A stretch of 64,000 nt of DNA from assembly GCF_018977255.1 (NCBI RefSeq), contig NW_024704743.1:79486001-79550000 (forward strand). The letters are read 5' to 3'. The position numbers were made by a program, and so were the translations under genes. Of this stretch, positions 25,025-39,042 are shown piece by piece. Position 1 is the stretch's first letter. Every line of letters starts with the position of its first letter. This stretch comes from Callorhinchus milii. Taxonomy: Eukaryota. Below the pieces are notes generated by a model. That model was not told where the DNA came from, did not search any database, and was given only the letters and a program-made list of their open reading frames with translations.

Positions 25025-25347
25025 GGAGTCCTGTAGCTCAGTGGTCAGAGCACTCGCCATGCAAGCGAGACACCTGGGTTCAATTCCAGGCAGGGAAAAA
25101 CTTTGGGTATGTTTCCTTACTCCACACGCCTAATAATAATCCCTCCAAACCAAAAAAATAATAAAAATAAATTGATCATTTTCAATCCACGAATGTTTGT
25201 GGGACACTGCTGTCCATAATTGGCTGCAGCGTTTCGCCCACAAATATACGGTCAATTCACTTTACAGTCTATTCTGTGAAGCGCTTTGAGATGTCAAGAA
25301 GACGTGAAAAGCGGTATATCAAATGCAAGAGTTATCATTATTATTAT
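25025..25347 (+). mobile_element. tRNA-Ala-derived SINE, short form (head-to-head with 24376-24686)
   Basis: ggagtcctgtagctcagtggtcagagc head; tail. Confidence 0.9.
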
Positions 25348-26669
25348 CATATGCAAATAACAAAATGGATCAACCAGAGACTGGCTTCATTAAATTAATT
25401 AATCAAGCTTTTTTTTTAGTAAATTTTCGGGGCTAAAGCAACAATTTATTTAACTTCTGTAACCCTGTTCATTGCCTAACACTTGAATTGAATGAATATT
25501 TAAGGTTTCCATGGGCTATTCGTTAGACACAGCACAGTTTATATTGTGTATTTAAAATGCAAAATACCATTATAAGCTTGCAACATAATCCTCAGTACAG
25601 CTAGCCAACAGCCCTTGAGAACCCCTCAAGTGAAATGCGTAATGAAGCAAATTGACAAACAAACCAATTTCAGAGGAATTAGCAATATATTTCATGCTGT
25701 ATTTGGCTTGCAGGATATGTCAGATCCAGTTCCAATCGAATTATATTGACCTTTTTGCTGTTACATTCTGCTAGCTTATTCTGTGTAGTGGACTCCAAAA
25801 TCCAATATTGTTTCCGAGCTGCAACTTTAATTTCCTACTTGTGGCCTTTCTCTGATTATAAGGTTGGAAAGACCAATTTCTTTCTTTTATCTTGGGTATT
25901 GTTGCCTTCGGGAAATGTTCTTAGTCAGATCTGAAGTTTGCCCTGGCACGTCCTCCCGACGTGAAAGACGCTTTAGAAATGTGATTTTGTTGTTGTTTGT
26001 TGTTGTGTTGTTGCCAGCCAACTCATTAAACACAGTGATGATGCAGCAGAATCGCTTTCGCCTGATTGTGAGGTCCCTTGGCATGTTCAGACAGTATTGA
26101 TAGATTGTCAAGGACAAGCATGACACCAAAGGACAATGCAACAAATGCAGGTGCTGAGTGCATCTCTCCTGGGGCAGAAATCTGCTGTATCCTAAATTAT
26201 GTCTGAAGAAATTTTGATCTCATCACAAAAAATCACATAAAAAAACTATGTCAAGCTGTAAATTGCCATGTTTCTAAAAGCATTTCCAGATAGGAATTTG
26301 ATATGTATATGGGTGTGACCTACTTTAACTCCACTCAAACTGAAAAGCTTGAATCACTGGCTCAATTGTGATCTTAAATATAATCCCCAAACTGAAATGT
26401 CATCAGAATGGATATCATTACAAAAAAAAACTTTTTAACACAAACATGTTGAGAATTTAGCTGTAAATTATCCCACATTTTAGATCCAAATACATTAACA
26501 AAAATAGCGGAAGAATTCTGTAAACACAGCTAGAAAATACAGTAATGTAAGCTCTGGCTTGGTTTGCAAGAGAGTGAGGTGTATTCTCTTACATGATGCA
26601 CTGTCCAATTCTCAGTCATCAATGACGTCCAATTTATGCTCCCTGTGATGGTGTACATTCGTTTCTGAA

Positions 26670-27005
26670 CATTATAATCCTGATATTTTATACAGTTCCT
26701 TTCAATTTGGGATGATGTCTCAAAGGACTTTACAAGATATACTCTCAAGTGTAGTAACCGTGTACTTTGTAGGCAAATGTAGCAGCCAATTTGTGCACAG
26801 GAACGTCCCACAAACAGCCATATGAGTGACCGATTTTCTTTGGGGGATTGTTGACCAGGACACAGGGAGAAACTCCATTCTTTTTATGAATAATGCATCG
26901 TTAACATCCAACAGTGCTCCCTTAACACTGCAATGTCATCTTAGACTATGAGCTTGAACCCACAACCTTCTGACTCAGAGGCGAGATTGCAAGCCTCTAA
27001 GCCAG
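26670..27005 (-). mobile_element. Old Deu-domain SINE, internally deleted
   Basis: Tail, gcagccaatttgtgcacag, and head cttgaacccacaaccttctgactcagaggcgag. Confidence 0.7.
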
Positions 27006-27834
27006 AGATTAAAGTAAACATTATAACATGCGAAGGCATGGGAAAATTTGAATGCTAGTGAAGTAAGCCAAAATTTTATATGAATACAAGTTGCAACCAG
27101 ACCAGTGTTTGATTTCAGCAAAAGATTAGGAATAAAATGCAAATAGCAAAAATATTTTAAAGGATGATGTCACTCCCAAAATGAGTCAGCATTACCTGAT
27201 TTTTAAATAGGCTGTGGTTTAAATTCCGCAAGAACTTGATCTCAGTACAGCATGTTCAAACCTTGAAAAATAGAAATCTCAGCATCTTCATAACTGCAGT
27301 TCAAATGCTGAGCATCAATTAATCCCATGAATGCAACAGCAAACATGCCTGCTGCTTTGTTGCCCAACTGGGCTTCATTACCACTCATAAAATCAGTCAT
27401 TAGAATAACAAAAATATTCCTTGCAGTGTCTGTCCTCTCTGTCCAGCATATAAATACCAGGCTGTGAGAGACAATGACACTTAGTTGCTTAGTTAACCGT
27501 GGACTCAAAATGGAAGAGGCAAGGTCAACTTTGACTAAGCAAATGAGAAACCCCTTGAACACAAAAAACTGGTGGCCAGTCAGTCACGTTGAGGAGCGGC
27601 TCCAGGAAGCTTCTAGTTCTGCACAAGATGATTTGCAGTAGTTCTTAACCGGTTCTTCAAGTTGTTGGCAAATTTGTTTCGGATTTATTGAAAGCAATGG
27701 CACAGAGTATGATCATTGCTATTTTGAAATCTAATTAATTAAGGCTGTTTGAAGAAGACACACAAGTAAACTTAGAAGACATAACTACAACAATGACATG
27801 TATTGTATAACGCCTTTCATACAGGATAATGTCT

Positions 27835-28075
27835 TCATAGAATCATAGAATTATACAGCACAGAAGGAGGCCATTCAGCCCATCGTGTCTGGGATGGCTC
27901 TTTGAAAAGAGCTATCCAAACCAATCCCACTCCCCTGCCCTCTCCCCGTAGCCCTGCACACTTGTCCTCCCCAAATAATTATCTACTTCTTTCTTAAAAG
28001 TCGTTATCGAATCGGCTTTCACCACCCTTTCAGGCAATGCATTCCAGATCCGAACAACTCGCTGTGCGAAAAGTC
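27835..28075 (-). mobile_element. CR1 LINE 3' end
   Basis: (catagaat)n terminus; acagcacagaaggaggccattcagccc...gcattccagatcc. Confidence 0.85.
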
Positions 28076-31034
28076 TTGGAGCACTTAACAATAAGCATAG
28101 TTTGACGTCGAGCCAGGGAAAAAGGGGCGGTGACTGAAGGCACGGTTGAAGAGGAAAGTCTTCAAGTGCGATATGAAGACAGGCAAAGAGGGGAAAGGCA
28201 GAGGGATTGAGGCAGGGAGTTTTAGTGGCAAGAGAAAAAAAGATGCATTTTTATAGCTCTTTATTGCTGTTGAAACAATTCAAAATGGTTTAAGAGTAGT
28301 GACTGCTTTTGTGATAGTTTGATAGATTCTGGAAACTTGCATAATGACACTCACCCCTCATCCACTTTCCCCTTTACTATTTTGATTTTACGATGTACTT
28401 AGCACTCCCTATGAAGAATGAAAAAAAATGTTTGTAGGACACTGTTGTATGTATTTGTGTTCAAGAGGTGCTTAAAGCCACCTTCCCTCCTCCCCTTTGC
28501 CCTGGTTCGGGGTCAGACTCCGCCACTGTTACTCGCTCTGGGATGCTACCCGGCATGAGGGGCAGTATATAAATGCAAGTCGTTTCTTAGTTGTTGTTGT
28601 GTGCAAATTAGCTACTGCATTTGCCTACAAAATACACAGTCATTACACTTTACAGTGTTTCCTCATGATGGGAAACGGGCTCTATTAAAAGCAAGGAATA
28701 TTATTATTATAAATATAAACAAATTAAACAATGAAAACCCTTTCCCCAAATGCTCGTAATATAATGATACAGTATAACATGGGAATGTGACAAAAGATCG
28801 ATAAATGAGATTCAGATCAGTCAATCTCAGAGACAGGTCTGTTTGATGTAGTAACCCTTGCCTTGTCTTAAAAATTCTTACTTTCTTAAAAGTATTCACC
28901 TGTTTGGCTCAGAGGTTCAAATTGTACAATCCTAGCTACTGATAATGAAATACACAGATGTGGATTGAGAATAGAATCGGCCTTTTGATTTCCCCTGATG
29001 TCTCCCGGCAGTAAGAGGCGTCCTGTGTAGTAATCTGATCTCAGCACACCAGTGACCCCACTTCATGCCCGCATCATTGGTCTTTCAAAGGTCACGAGTC
29101 TGCAGCATTGTAAACGACCTCAGACTGGCACATTTAGTAATCCATCGGAGTCACTGATACCAAAGGCACATGTGTTGCTTTGTAGAAATGCACTAATGGA
29201 GCCTGATAGGCTGAAAATAATCACCCCTCTACCCACCCACCCACAAAAGATGTACTTTCATTTAAAACCCGAGGACCACTGCCAGCTATTAATTATACTA
29301 CAGTTAAACCGTAATGAGAGCAATTCAATCTCACAAGCAGTAGCTTTAAGAAGAATGGGATTTTCGCCCACAAATGTACGGTCAATTCACTTTACAGTCT
29401 ATTCTGTGAAGCGCTTTGAGACGTCGAGAAGACATGAAAAGTGCTATATCAAGTGCAAGGATTATTATTATTTTTATTATTTTTAATGGGAATCACATGT
29501 GCGCACAGAAAAGGAGGATTTAGAGAGGGTAGTAGCAATAAAGGAGATGGAAAATGGCACAATTTTCCTTTCTTTCAAATAGATTAGTAGGAGCACATAT
29601 GAGGATGTAATTTCAGAACTGTTCTATAAAATGCGATTTTTCTACTGATTTCTCAATCTGATTTAACAGTGTTGGCTCCTCAGACTGAACCAAGCCTACT
29701 GCCAAATCACTCCTGATAGCAGCCAAATTACACAGTACATGCAGTTACTTCCTCTGGATATCTTACGTAGTTATGTGCATTGGGATATTAGCCCTCAGTA
29801 CTCAGTGTGCACTTGGCACTTGATGGCTAATTGGGTTGAAAGGGGTGGTGCAGGGGCTCACAATGATCCTTGGGCTTGGGGAAGAACATGGGTTGGTCTT
29901 ATGCTTTTGTTTTTTTTGGGGACGGGAGCTGAGGGGGAAGGTCTGTGCAGGGGGAGTGCACAGTATTGAGTGTACTGAGTCTGTAGAAAGGGGGCTTGCC
30001 CATCATGGTGCTGCCCAGCTTTAGCCGCAGTGCCATTGTTTCTGAATGACAGATGTTCCCAGCTGCTTGACCCCACATGTTGCTTTTTGAGAGGAGTTGG
30101 TGTTAGACCACATCTGTGGGACACATCTTGTCGCTTTCAAGAGTGAGAACTGCGTAATAATAATCTTTGTATTTGATACAGCGCCTTGTCACATTGTCAA
30201 GACATCTCAAGCATTGCACAGGGTATAGTGTAAAGCGACATGGCTGTGACTTTTGTAGGTAGCTTGTGGGCAGTAAGAGCTTTGACAGGACTCATGAAAT
30301 AGGGTGCACTTCTGACCTCTCAGCCAGAGATTAGCCTGTGGCTGTGAAAAACAAGAGAGGATTAGAAGAGCTTTTCTGAAGTAATATTATTTAAACAAAA
30401 CTCCTCAACCTCGTGAGCTTGCTTGTTTGAGTATGAATGTGTGAAACTGGTGTATCTGAAAAGAAGCACTCAGCTTCAAGTGCTTGATAACAGAATCAGA
30501 TCAAGTGTACTTCATTCTAAAGATCATACGCCCACATTTACGCTATTACTTAAATTTGGCACTGCATCAATCATTTCATAGCAAAGAAAGAAAGACAATT
30601 CATATCTAATCCCATGGCACAATGAAATTAATTTATCCATCACTCATCATTATAAACCCATTTCAAAGTCTTGGTGAACAGTCTCTCCATTGAGCAATAC
30701 TGTAAAGAAACCCGTAGTGGACACCCACACATTATTTGTCACACTGAGTCAGCCTGTACCTGTGCTATTGAATAGAATTACCATTTCTCTTTGTCTAATG
30801 TTCTCTTTTCCTTTGGTCCGCCCACTTGCATAGTTTCTGCATTCTTTTCCACCTTTCCGATCGATGTGAAGCTTCTCATGTGTCACTGCACTCAGCACAA
30901 AAGAGACAGCTTCACCTAGTAAATCACAGGCCCATTTTGACAGATAACATGAAGGCATTTCATGTGGAGACATACTTAACTGGAACAAATGCACTGGCAC
31001 TGGCTGTACCTTTGACAATGTTATGTTAATGGTT

Positions 31035-31526
31035 TGATCTTCCAGCTCATTCGAAACTCTGTTGCCCACGTACTGACCCAGACCAAACTCTATGCCCACA
31101 TCTCTCCAGTTCTGGCCAGGCTCCACTGGCTCCCCATCACTGAACACATCGACTTCAAGATCCTCACTTGTGTTCAAATCCATTCAATGCCTGGCACCTC
31201 CCTATCTCTCCGACCTCCTCACTCCCCAATCCACCACCCGGCGCCTGCGCTCGACTGGCATCGGCCTCCTGCTTGTCCCTTGTACCCTCTGTCCTACCAT
31301 CGGACATTGTGCTTTCAGCCACTATGCCCCAAAACACTCTCCCTCAATCCCTCCGCTTTGCTCCCCCTCTCTTCTCGTTCAAGTCCCGCCTGAAAACTTT
31401 CCTGTTCGACTGCGCTTACGGCCACCACCTCCACTCCCTCCTCCCCCCGGCTCGGAGTCAGGCTCCACCACTGTTAAGCCTTCTGAGACGCTACCCTTCG
31501 TGGAGGGTGCTATATAAGTGCAAGTT
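31035..31526 (+). mobile_element. L2 LINE 3' fragment whose tail is split by a SINE insertion
   Basis: [20 protein letters not shown] and KSRLKTFLFD. The tail resumes at 31850 (aagttgttgttg). Confidence 0.85.
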
Positions 31527-31850
31527 GGAGTCCTGTAGCTCAGTTAATGGTTAGAGCACTTGCTTTGCAAGCGAGAGACCTGAGTTCAATTCCTGGCAGG
31601 GCGAAACCTTAGGCAAGTTTCCTTACTCCACACTCCTAATAATAATCCCTCCAAAACCAAAAACAATAATAAATTTGTCATTTTCAATCTACGACTGTTT
31701 GTGGGACATTGCTGTGCACAATTGGCTGCCGCGTTCGCCCACAAATATACAGTCAATTCACTTTACAGTGTGTTCTGTGAAGTGCTTTGGGACGTCCTCC
31801 CGACGTGAAAAGCGCTATATCAAATGCAAGGATTATTATTATTATTATTA
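31527..31850 (+). mobile_element. tRNA-Ala-derived SINE, short form, nested in an L2 tail with TSD aagttg
   Basis: Full element flanked by aagtt(g) on both sides. Confidence 0.9.
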
Positions 31851-32049
31851 AGTTGTTGTTGTTGATCTTCCATTTCCAGTTTTTAGGTTGGAGGACAATG
31901 GCCTGGAATGGCTTTGGGCACATTTTTGACTATTTTAGAAGAAAAGATCCACCTTTGATTTGTTCACACCACGATCATGCTGTGTTCACTTTGCAGCGGA
32001 TAAACTCTGTTGAGCGAAACATAAGAAATCCAGATCAACTTCAAGATGT

Positions 32050-32401
32050 TCTCACTCGTTTTCAAATCCCTTCATATCCCTACCAATCCAATTTGCTTAC
32101 CCCCCATTCCACCACCTGCTATATCCTCTCGGCTGACTCCGACCTCCTGTTCATCCCTTGCCCCCTCCTCATGCTTTCAGCCACTATCCCCCGAAGCTCT
32201 GGAACTCCATCAATCCCTCTGCCTTGCCCCCTCCCTTCCCACTTTCAAATCCGCCTAAAGACCTTCCTTTTTGATCATGGTTACAGTCACCAACCCCTCT
32301 CGCTCCCCTTGGCTTGGGGTCAGACTCCACCACTGTCAAACGCTCTGGGACGCTACCCCACCTGAAGGGCACTATATAAATGCAAGTTGTTGTTGTTGTT
32401 G
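32050..32401 (+). mobile_element. L2 LINE 3' fragment
   Basis: RLKTFLFDHGY and tail ctatataaatgcaagttgttgttg. Confidence 0.8.
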
Positions 32402-33509
32402 TACTCCAATTGTACACTGACACCAGTAATCCCAGCTGGGTTTCTCAATGAGCTCAATAATTTGAGCGACTAAATTTAAGATTATCATCAAAATAACAAA
32501 AGGAAAGAGATAAGAAGACATTTTTTTCATATAGAAAGTTTTTAGGGCATGGAATGTCCTCTCAAAACTGGATGGTTGGAGTAGAATTCATAATTACTTT
32601 TAAGACTGTTTGGAAAACAGTAGGAGGATAGGATTATATTTTAATTGTATTTTCTTTTTTTAAAAAACAGCGTAATGCTGTGATGGGTTTTTTGGATGGA
32701 TGAGATCAAACCTCTCTTGTAATCCTGTGATTGTGTGAAATGGATGGTTCCTAAAAAATTCACACAGGGACCTTGAGCTAAATGACCTCCTTTCGTGCTT
32801 CTATATTTCTCTGATTCTATGGACTGAAATACATGCATCATTCAACCCAATGGAGATGCCAACAATCTGAGATTCAATATTAGGCAAACATTGAGAGAGG
32901 TAATGTTTTTGTGCTGGTTTAGTTACACTGAGGGGAAGACATACATCTGCCCTACAATTATTCAGCAACAACAACAACAAATTATCTTTGCATAGCAATT
33001 GTACAGAGCCTTTCGCATCAGGATGACATCCCAAGGCTCACATCAATGTCCAACAACATTCTATAATGGAAACCTGAGTTCCTCAGTAGACTTATTTGGG
33101 GGTTAGAACCCTGCAAGGAGGTGACAAAGCAGCTCTGAGTTGGCTTCTAATTTCTTTTTTGGCAGAGTTGAGATGGCTTCTGATTTTAGCCAAGTTGCCT
33201 TGATTCAAACCAGAATGCATGGCCTTAAATTGTCCTGTGTCAAGCATGTGCAATATCATTGTGTTTTCCTTGCAGTGAAATGGTAGAGAGGTATGATTGT
33301 GTACAACTGGTCATTCTTAGCCATTGTTATTTCAGTATGAAGTTGCCTTTTCCTGCTAATTTCTACAGCCCCTTCACTAAACTGGGGCTGCTTTAAGATA
33401 CTCAGGTGAAAAAATGATATATGATGTGATAATTATTACCAGTGATAATTATCATATCGCTCAACAGTAAGGTTCAAACCCATATCAGCTTTTCAAATGC
33501 ACTGCTCAG

Positions 33510-33960
33510 CGGTCATCCCGAGTTCTCCTGTTCATAAACTCCAACTAATTCAAAAAGTTAGACATCCTCATCCAAATCGCATCCTGCGCGCCCACCTCCA
33601 TTGGCTCCCAATGGATTGACTTCAGGTCCTCACCTTCACCTACAAATCCCACATGCCCTAGCACCTCCCATCTCTGTGATCTTCTTCAATCCTATTCCTC
33701 TGCTCGCCCCCTCCACTTAGCTAATTTGGGCTTGCTGTGTATTCCTTGTCCCATCTGCCTCATCATCGGTGGCCACTCTTTCAGCTGCTATTAATAATTG
33801 CCTCCTTCAAGGCGCATTTCAAAACCTTCCTATTCGACCAAGCTTTCGGCCACTTTCCTACCTACCCCTCCCCTCTCCCCGATCCTGATCCCCAGCTCGT
33901 GTCCAAATTATTGACTGTTCAGCGCTTTGTAATGTCCTCCTGACATGAAATGTAATTTTA
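33510..33960 (+). mobile_element. Degraded L2 LINE 3' fragment
   Basis: SFKAHFKTFLFDQAF and a decayed tail. Confidence 0.7.
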
Positions 33961-34335
33961 TATTGTATTGTACTTTGGCCATAACCTGTGGAACTCCTTG
34001 CCTTTATCCATTCATCTTGCCCCTTCTCTATCTCTCTTAAAATCTCGCCTAAACACCTACCTCAACAACCTTAAAGTTACTGAAAATAGCTTGCTTGAAA
34101 AAAATAGCTGAATTTTCTCATAAACTTGGATAAGTTTTACTTGGTGTAGTGGCAGGAATGTTATTTTGCCCTGCTAATAACAAAACATATATTTTTATTA
34201 ATAACAATAATTATAATAATCATTACGATCCTCGCATTTAATAAACTACCTCTCACATCAGGAGGACGTCTCAAAGAGCTTCACAGATTAACTGTAAAAT
34301 ACAATACAAATTACATTTATGCAGTAATATCATGT

Positions 34336-34660
34336 GAGCCTTGTAGCTCAGTAGTTGGAGCACTCACCTTGCAAGTGAGAGACCTGGGTTCGATTCCCGG
34401 CAGGGTGAAACCCTGGGCAACTTTCCTTACTCCACACGACTGATAATAATCCCTCAAGAAATAAAAACAATAATAATTCGGTCACTCAATCCACACTCTT
34501 TGTGGGACACTTTTGTGCGCAATTGGTTGCACAATTATACAGTCTTGACCACAAATATACAATCAATTCACTTTACAGTATATTCTGTGAAGCGCTTTGA
34601 GAAATCTAGAAGACGTGAAAAGCGCGATATCAAATGCAAGGATTATTATTATTATTATTA
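34336..34660 (+). mobile_element. tRNA-Ala-derived SINE, short form
   Basis: Full element; box B gggttcgattccc. Confidence 0.9.
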
Positions 34661-36196
34661 TGTCAGGAGACCCAAGCTGGGATGCGAGCCGAGAAGGTAA
34701 AGTATAGTGACTGCATTTTGCAGGCAAACGGTTTTACAATTTAAACTGAAAATTATGCATCACAAAAGCTTTCCTAGTACTCTGCAATTAATGATTACTA
34801 ATAACGAACTTACTGATGAACACAACAGATCTTTGATAAGAACATCAGTCTTCCTTTCCCATGTGATATGGGAGAGCAGTTTTTCTTAGAGGAAACCATT
34901 CATCTTGAAGAGGCTCAATTCTTTGAAACAAGAGTTAGCGTAAATGCCTCTATTGATTCTGAGATGAAGGCTGTGCTATATTTAAGATACTCCACAGATC
35001 AAAGGGGAACCTGATAATTATCTGCAGGCTTAGGACAATAGATAAATGAATCATGTATTATCCTCTTAAGGTTCGGGAGACTGCCCTCAAAGGCTAACAT
35101 CACTGGCTTTCATTGGGTACAGTGCAGTCAGTGCATCAGCTGCTGGAGCTTACATCCGATACTGTTTCAGTAATGACTCAGGCACAAACCCTCAGGACTT
35201 GAGAACACCAAATGACAACAGAAGCATGTTGTGACATTTGCTAATAGGCACAAAGCAATTTGCAGTACAAGAAAAGACCACTATGGTCCATCTGGCTAGT
35301 CGCAATCCAAATTAATTATCAGAGATGTTGTTTTACATTCTAAGTGCTATATAAATGCAAGACCATCTGGGTTTGAGAAAGCACCAACTCTGAACTCCAG
35401 CAGTACCCCAACACAGTCTGAGGTTCTTAAGCCTTAGCTCTTGCCAACCTGCGAATAGGTAAGTAAGGTGTGTCTCTTCAAGGAGAGCCGTGCATTCCAC
35501 TCCACATACAGGCAAACCAGTTGCATTGTCACAGGCCCAGATGATTTAAGTTTATTAATAGCTAAATTGGGATTTTTATCAGAAATTACATAGAAATATC
35601 TGCCGTATTTACCTACAAAATACGCAGTCACTGCTCTCCACATTTTGAGGTGAGAAAGGCGCGATATCGAACACAAGGATTATTATTGTTTGCTCAGATA
35701 GATTGGCACAGCTAGGCTTTGGATCTGGTCATTTGTACCCCATTAATATTTCACAATTGAATCCTTTCATTAGATTTTATTTGCCAAATTATTAGTTTGT
35801 CCCCATAATGGTATTAGTGTCATGTTTCCATGATCAGTTTAACAGTCATGGATAGTGTGGAAGGTGCCTTGCTGTCAAACTGAGCCATTTCATAGCACTG
35901 TGGTACATTGTGAAATACCTCAATAGTTAACACAGGTTTCCGCATTGGAGCCGATTAGGAATACAGTAATGGAAAACTAAGGTTCACAAAAAAAGAAAAA
36001 GATCCTGGAAAGGCAACTGTCACTTTAAATCACATAACCATCTCATTATCATCCTTTCGCCTAGAGATTAGATGAGTGAGGCTAATTGAGGTTTATCGGA
36101 TAATATTGTGCCGTTGTCTGGCTGAATCCTACGACAGATAGCTTCACTCAATGCTGTAAATCACCTTATTTTCCCAATCACCTATAACCACCTAGT

Positions 36197-36502
36197 GGAG
36201 TCCTGTAGCACAGGGGTTAGAGCACTCAACTCGCAAACAGAAACCTGGGTTCAATTCCTGGCAGGGCAAAACCTTGGGCAAGTTTGCTTACTCCACACGC
36301 CTGAAAATAATCCCTCAAAAAAAAAAACAGAATAAATTGGTCACTTCAATCCACGACTGTTTGTGGGACACTGCTGTGTGCAATTGACTGCTGCGTTTCG
36401 CCCACAAATATACAGTTAATTCACTTTACTGTGAATCGCTTTGACATGTCTAGTAGATGTGAAAAGCGCTATATCAAATGCAAGGATTATTATTTATTAT
36501 TA
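36197..36502 (+). mobile_element. tRNA-Ala-derived SINE, short form
   Basis: Full element. Confidence 0.88.
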
Positions 36503-38711
36503 TAATTTATTCTCTGTTCAACTTTGAACAGGAGGTTCTCCAAAGCATTGCAAGAGATTTCAGATGGCTGTTTCTTCCACTACTGTTAGCTCTTCCTATG
36601 ATACCACTGAATTCATCACGGGGAGAAACTAAAAAATCAAAATTTCCCACTCAGCTTTTGTTAACCCTGCAAGTCAAAGCCCGAACAAGTAGAGTGGTCC
36701 GAGCTGGACAAACAGTGGGAAGCTTGTCAAATAATGCTCTCAATGGCAAGCTATGCGGTTTTAGCTGGTTAAACTCCAGCAGTACCCCAAAACATAGTCT
36801 GGGTTCCCCAAGCCCTGGCTCTTGCCAACCTGCACCTAATTCATTCTGGAATTAGTAAACAGGGTGCATCCCTCCAGGGAGAGTGCGCAGAGTGCTCCAT
36901 TTCAGCCACAGGGAACTCTCCATGCGTGGATGGAATGCATGTGTGCAACTTTCAGACTGGTTTGGATACTCTTGAGTATGGTAATAGGTTTCCAACTGTG
37001 TCACAATTGGAAACACATACCATGCACAGGACCTGCTTACCAAAATAAGTTTAAATTTAAGTTTAATTTGAAAGCTAGTTCTTCTTTTAATCTGAATTAA
37101 GACTGAATTTAAGTTTTTTTCACATTTCAGGACAATCTTGAATTTTAAGATAAAATGATTTTGCAGGCTAAAATGGGGTGGAATTTCAGGTCTTATATAT
37201 CTTGATTCTGTACTGTTCCAAATTCTGATATTCTAGTATTTTTTAATAATAAAATTCCATTGTTTACAGATCCCCCAGGATCACTCCCCCACCACCCACC
37301 CCCCCATCCCCCCCATCCCCCATCCCCGAAGAGAAGATGATAGAAATGCAGACCATTTTTTATAAAGATTACCACTGACAGATGCCAGTATTATTAATCA
37401 CCTGCCAGCTGTCATTGGGTCATGATCAATGAAGTGATACCTCATCCTTCTGCAGAGAGCCATCCGCAGTCTCCGTTTACAAAATACACTGAAATGGAAT
37501 ATGCAGATAGATAACCATCAGCAGGAAGGTCTCCAGACAAATTAGGCAGGGGAAAAAAATTAGCCACACAATTGCAGATCAAGTTCAGTTAGTGCTCTCT
37601 GGACATTTCAAGAGGGCATCAGCAAGGCAACATTAGCTTTGAAAAAGTGATTGTTTTGTTTGAAACAAAAAAGTAGCCAGAAGTCGATTCTTTAAAGAAA
37701 TACACCTTGAAAATGAACAACAAGCATCCTCATTTTGTTATGAATAAAGATAGCGTAAAATAGTTTCAAAACCAGCAACATATCTGTTTTCTAGAATTTT
37801 CTTAACTCTTGTATTTATATTTAATCTGCTAGAATTTCAGAACAGAGTAAAGTTGCATGACTGCATCTTGCAAAAATCTATATATAGTCTATTTTACAGA
37901 TTTTTTTTAGCTGGTTGCAGAATTTATTTTAGTACCAAAACTGAGGATAAATGAAGTTTAGATGCATATTTTTATACCATGGTTATCCTGTATTTTCATC
38001 ACTGCCTGCAAGCACTATTTGCTCTTTGCACAGCCAAGAAGGCAGGCACTAGCTCTTGGATCTCTGCCAAGACTAGCTGTGAATCCTACCTGTGTCCCTG
38101 TAAGATTAAGAAACTGATATTGAAAACCTTTGAAGGTCAGAAGTATAATCCTGAGGATTACCAGCTTTTAGGATGACATCTAATGTGAGAAAAATATTGG
38201 TGTATATATTAAACAAAAATAATTGTGGCTATAGTCAAGGAAGTGCTTGAAGCATATCATTAAAGAGGCGATTCAAGAGCATTAAGGAAGAGTAAAAGAA
38301 AGAGATCCAAGCCGACCAGGGTTTAAAAAGGAAGAGTATGTCCAATGAAAGTAGGTATTGAAATTCTTTCATGAATGCAATTGTGGATAAAGGTGGATGG
38401 ATTTCAGGACGCATTTAATAGGGTTTCTCATGGGAGAGGTATGGTTGAAGTAAGGCTGACAACAGCCAAGATGAAGTTGTAAAATAGATGGTTAATTGGC
38501 TGGAGAATGGTAGACAAGAGGACACGCACTACATCAGTTATAGTAGTTCTAGTTGGGAAGATGTGACCAGACCAGGAGAGTCTCTTTGGGACTCGCCTCT
38601 GTGTATAAATCAATTGCCTAAATAAAACTATCTGAAGTACAGTATCACTAAGTGTGATGCAATGATCTACTGCAGCAAAACAACTGATTGAAGCAACAGT
38701 AACAATAACAA

Positions 38712-39042
38712 CAAGAGTGGTGGAAGCCAATTCGATAACAACTTTTAAGAGAATCATAGAATTACACAGCACAGAAGGAAGCCATTTGGCCCGTCGTGTA
38801 AGTGCTGGCTCTTTGAAAAGAGTCATCCAATTCAATCCCTCTCCTGCGATCTCTGCCCATAGCCCTGCAAACTTGTCCTCCCCAAGAGAGAAGTAGATAA
38901 TTATTTGGGGAGGACAAGTTTGCAGGGCTATAGGGAGAGAGCGGGGGAGTGAGATTGATTTGGATTGCTCTTTCCAAAAAGTCGGCACCGACATGAAGAG
39001 CCGAATGGCCTCCTTCTGTGCTGTATAATTTTATGATTCTAT
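38712..39042. mobile_element. CR1 3' end (+) containing an inverted CR1 tail of the same family (foldback)
   Basis: Arms ~38750-38885 and 38905-39042 are reverse complements. The inner 27 bp match perfectly. Confidence 0.85.

Noticed and set aside
25025..25098. tRNA-Ala-like cloverleaf as a real tRNA gene
   Set aside because: Always continues into the SINE body and tail, with variable anticodon loops among copies; these are SINE heads.
27242..27562. 106-aa minus ORF (also 55358-55684, 63013-63375, 38428-38994)
   Set aside because: No recognisable homology or convincing splice boundaries. The last is largely CR1 sequence.
33423..33458. 36-bp near-palindrome gatgtgataattat...ataattatcatatc
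   Set aside because: Too short and AT-rich to support an RNA gene call.
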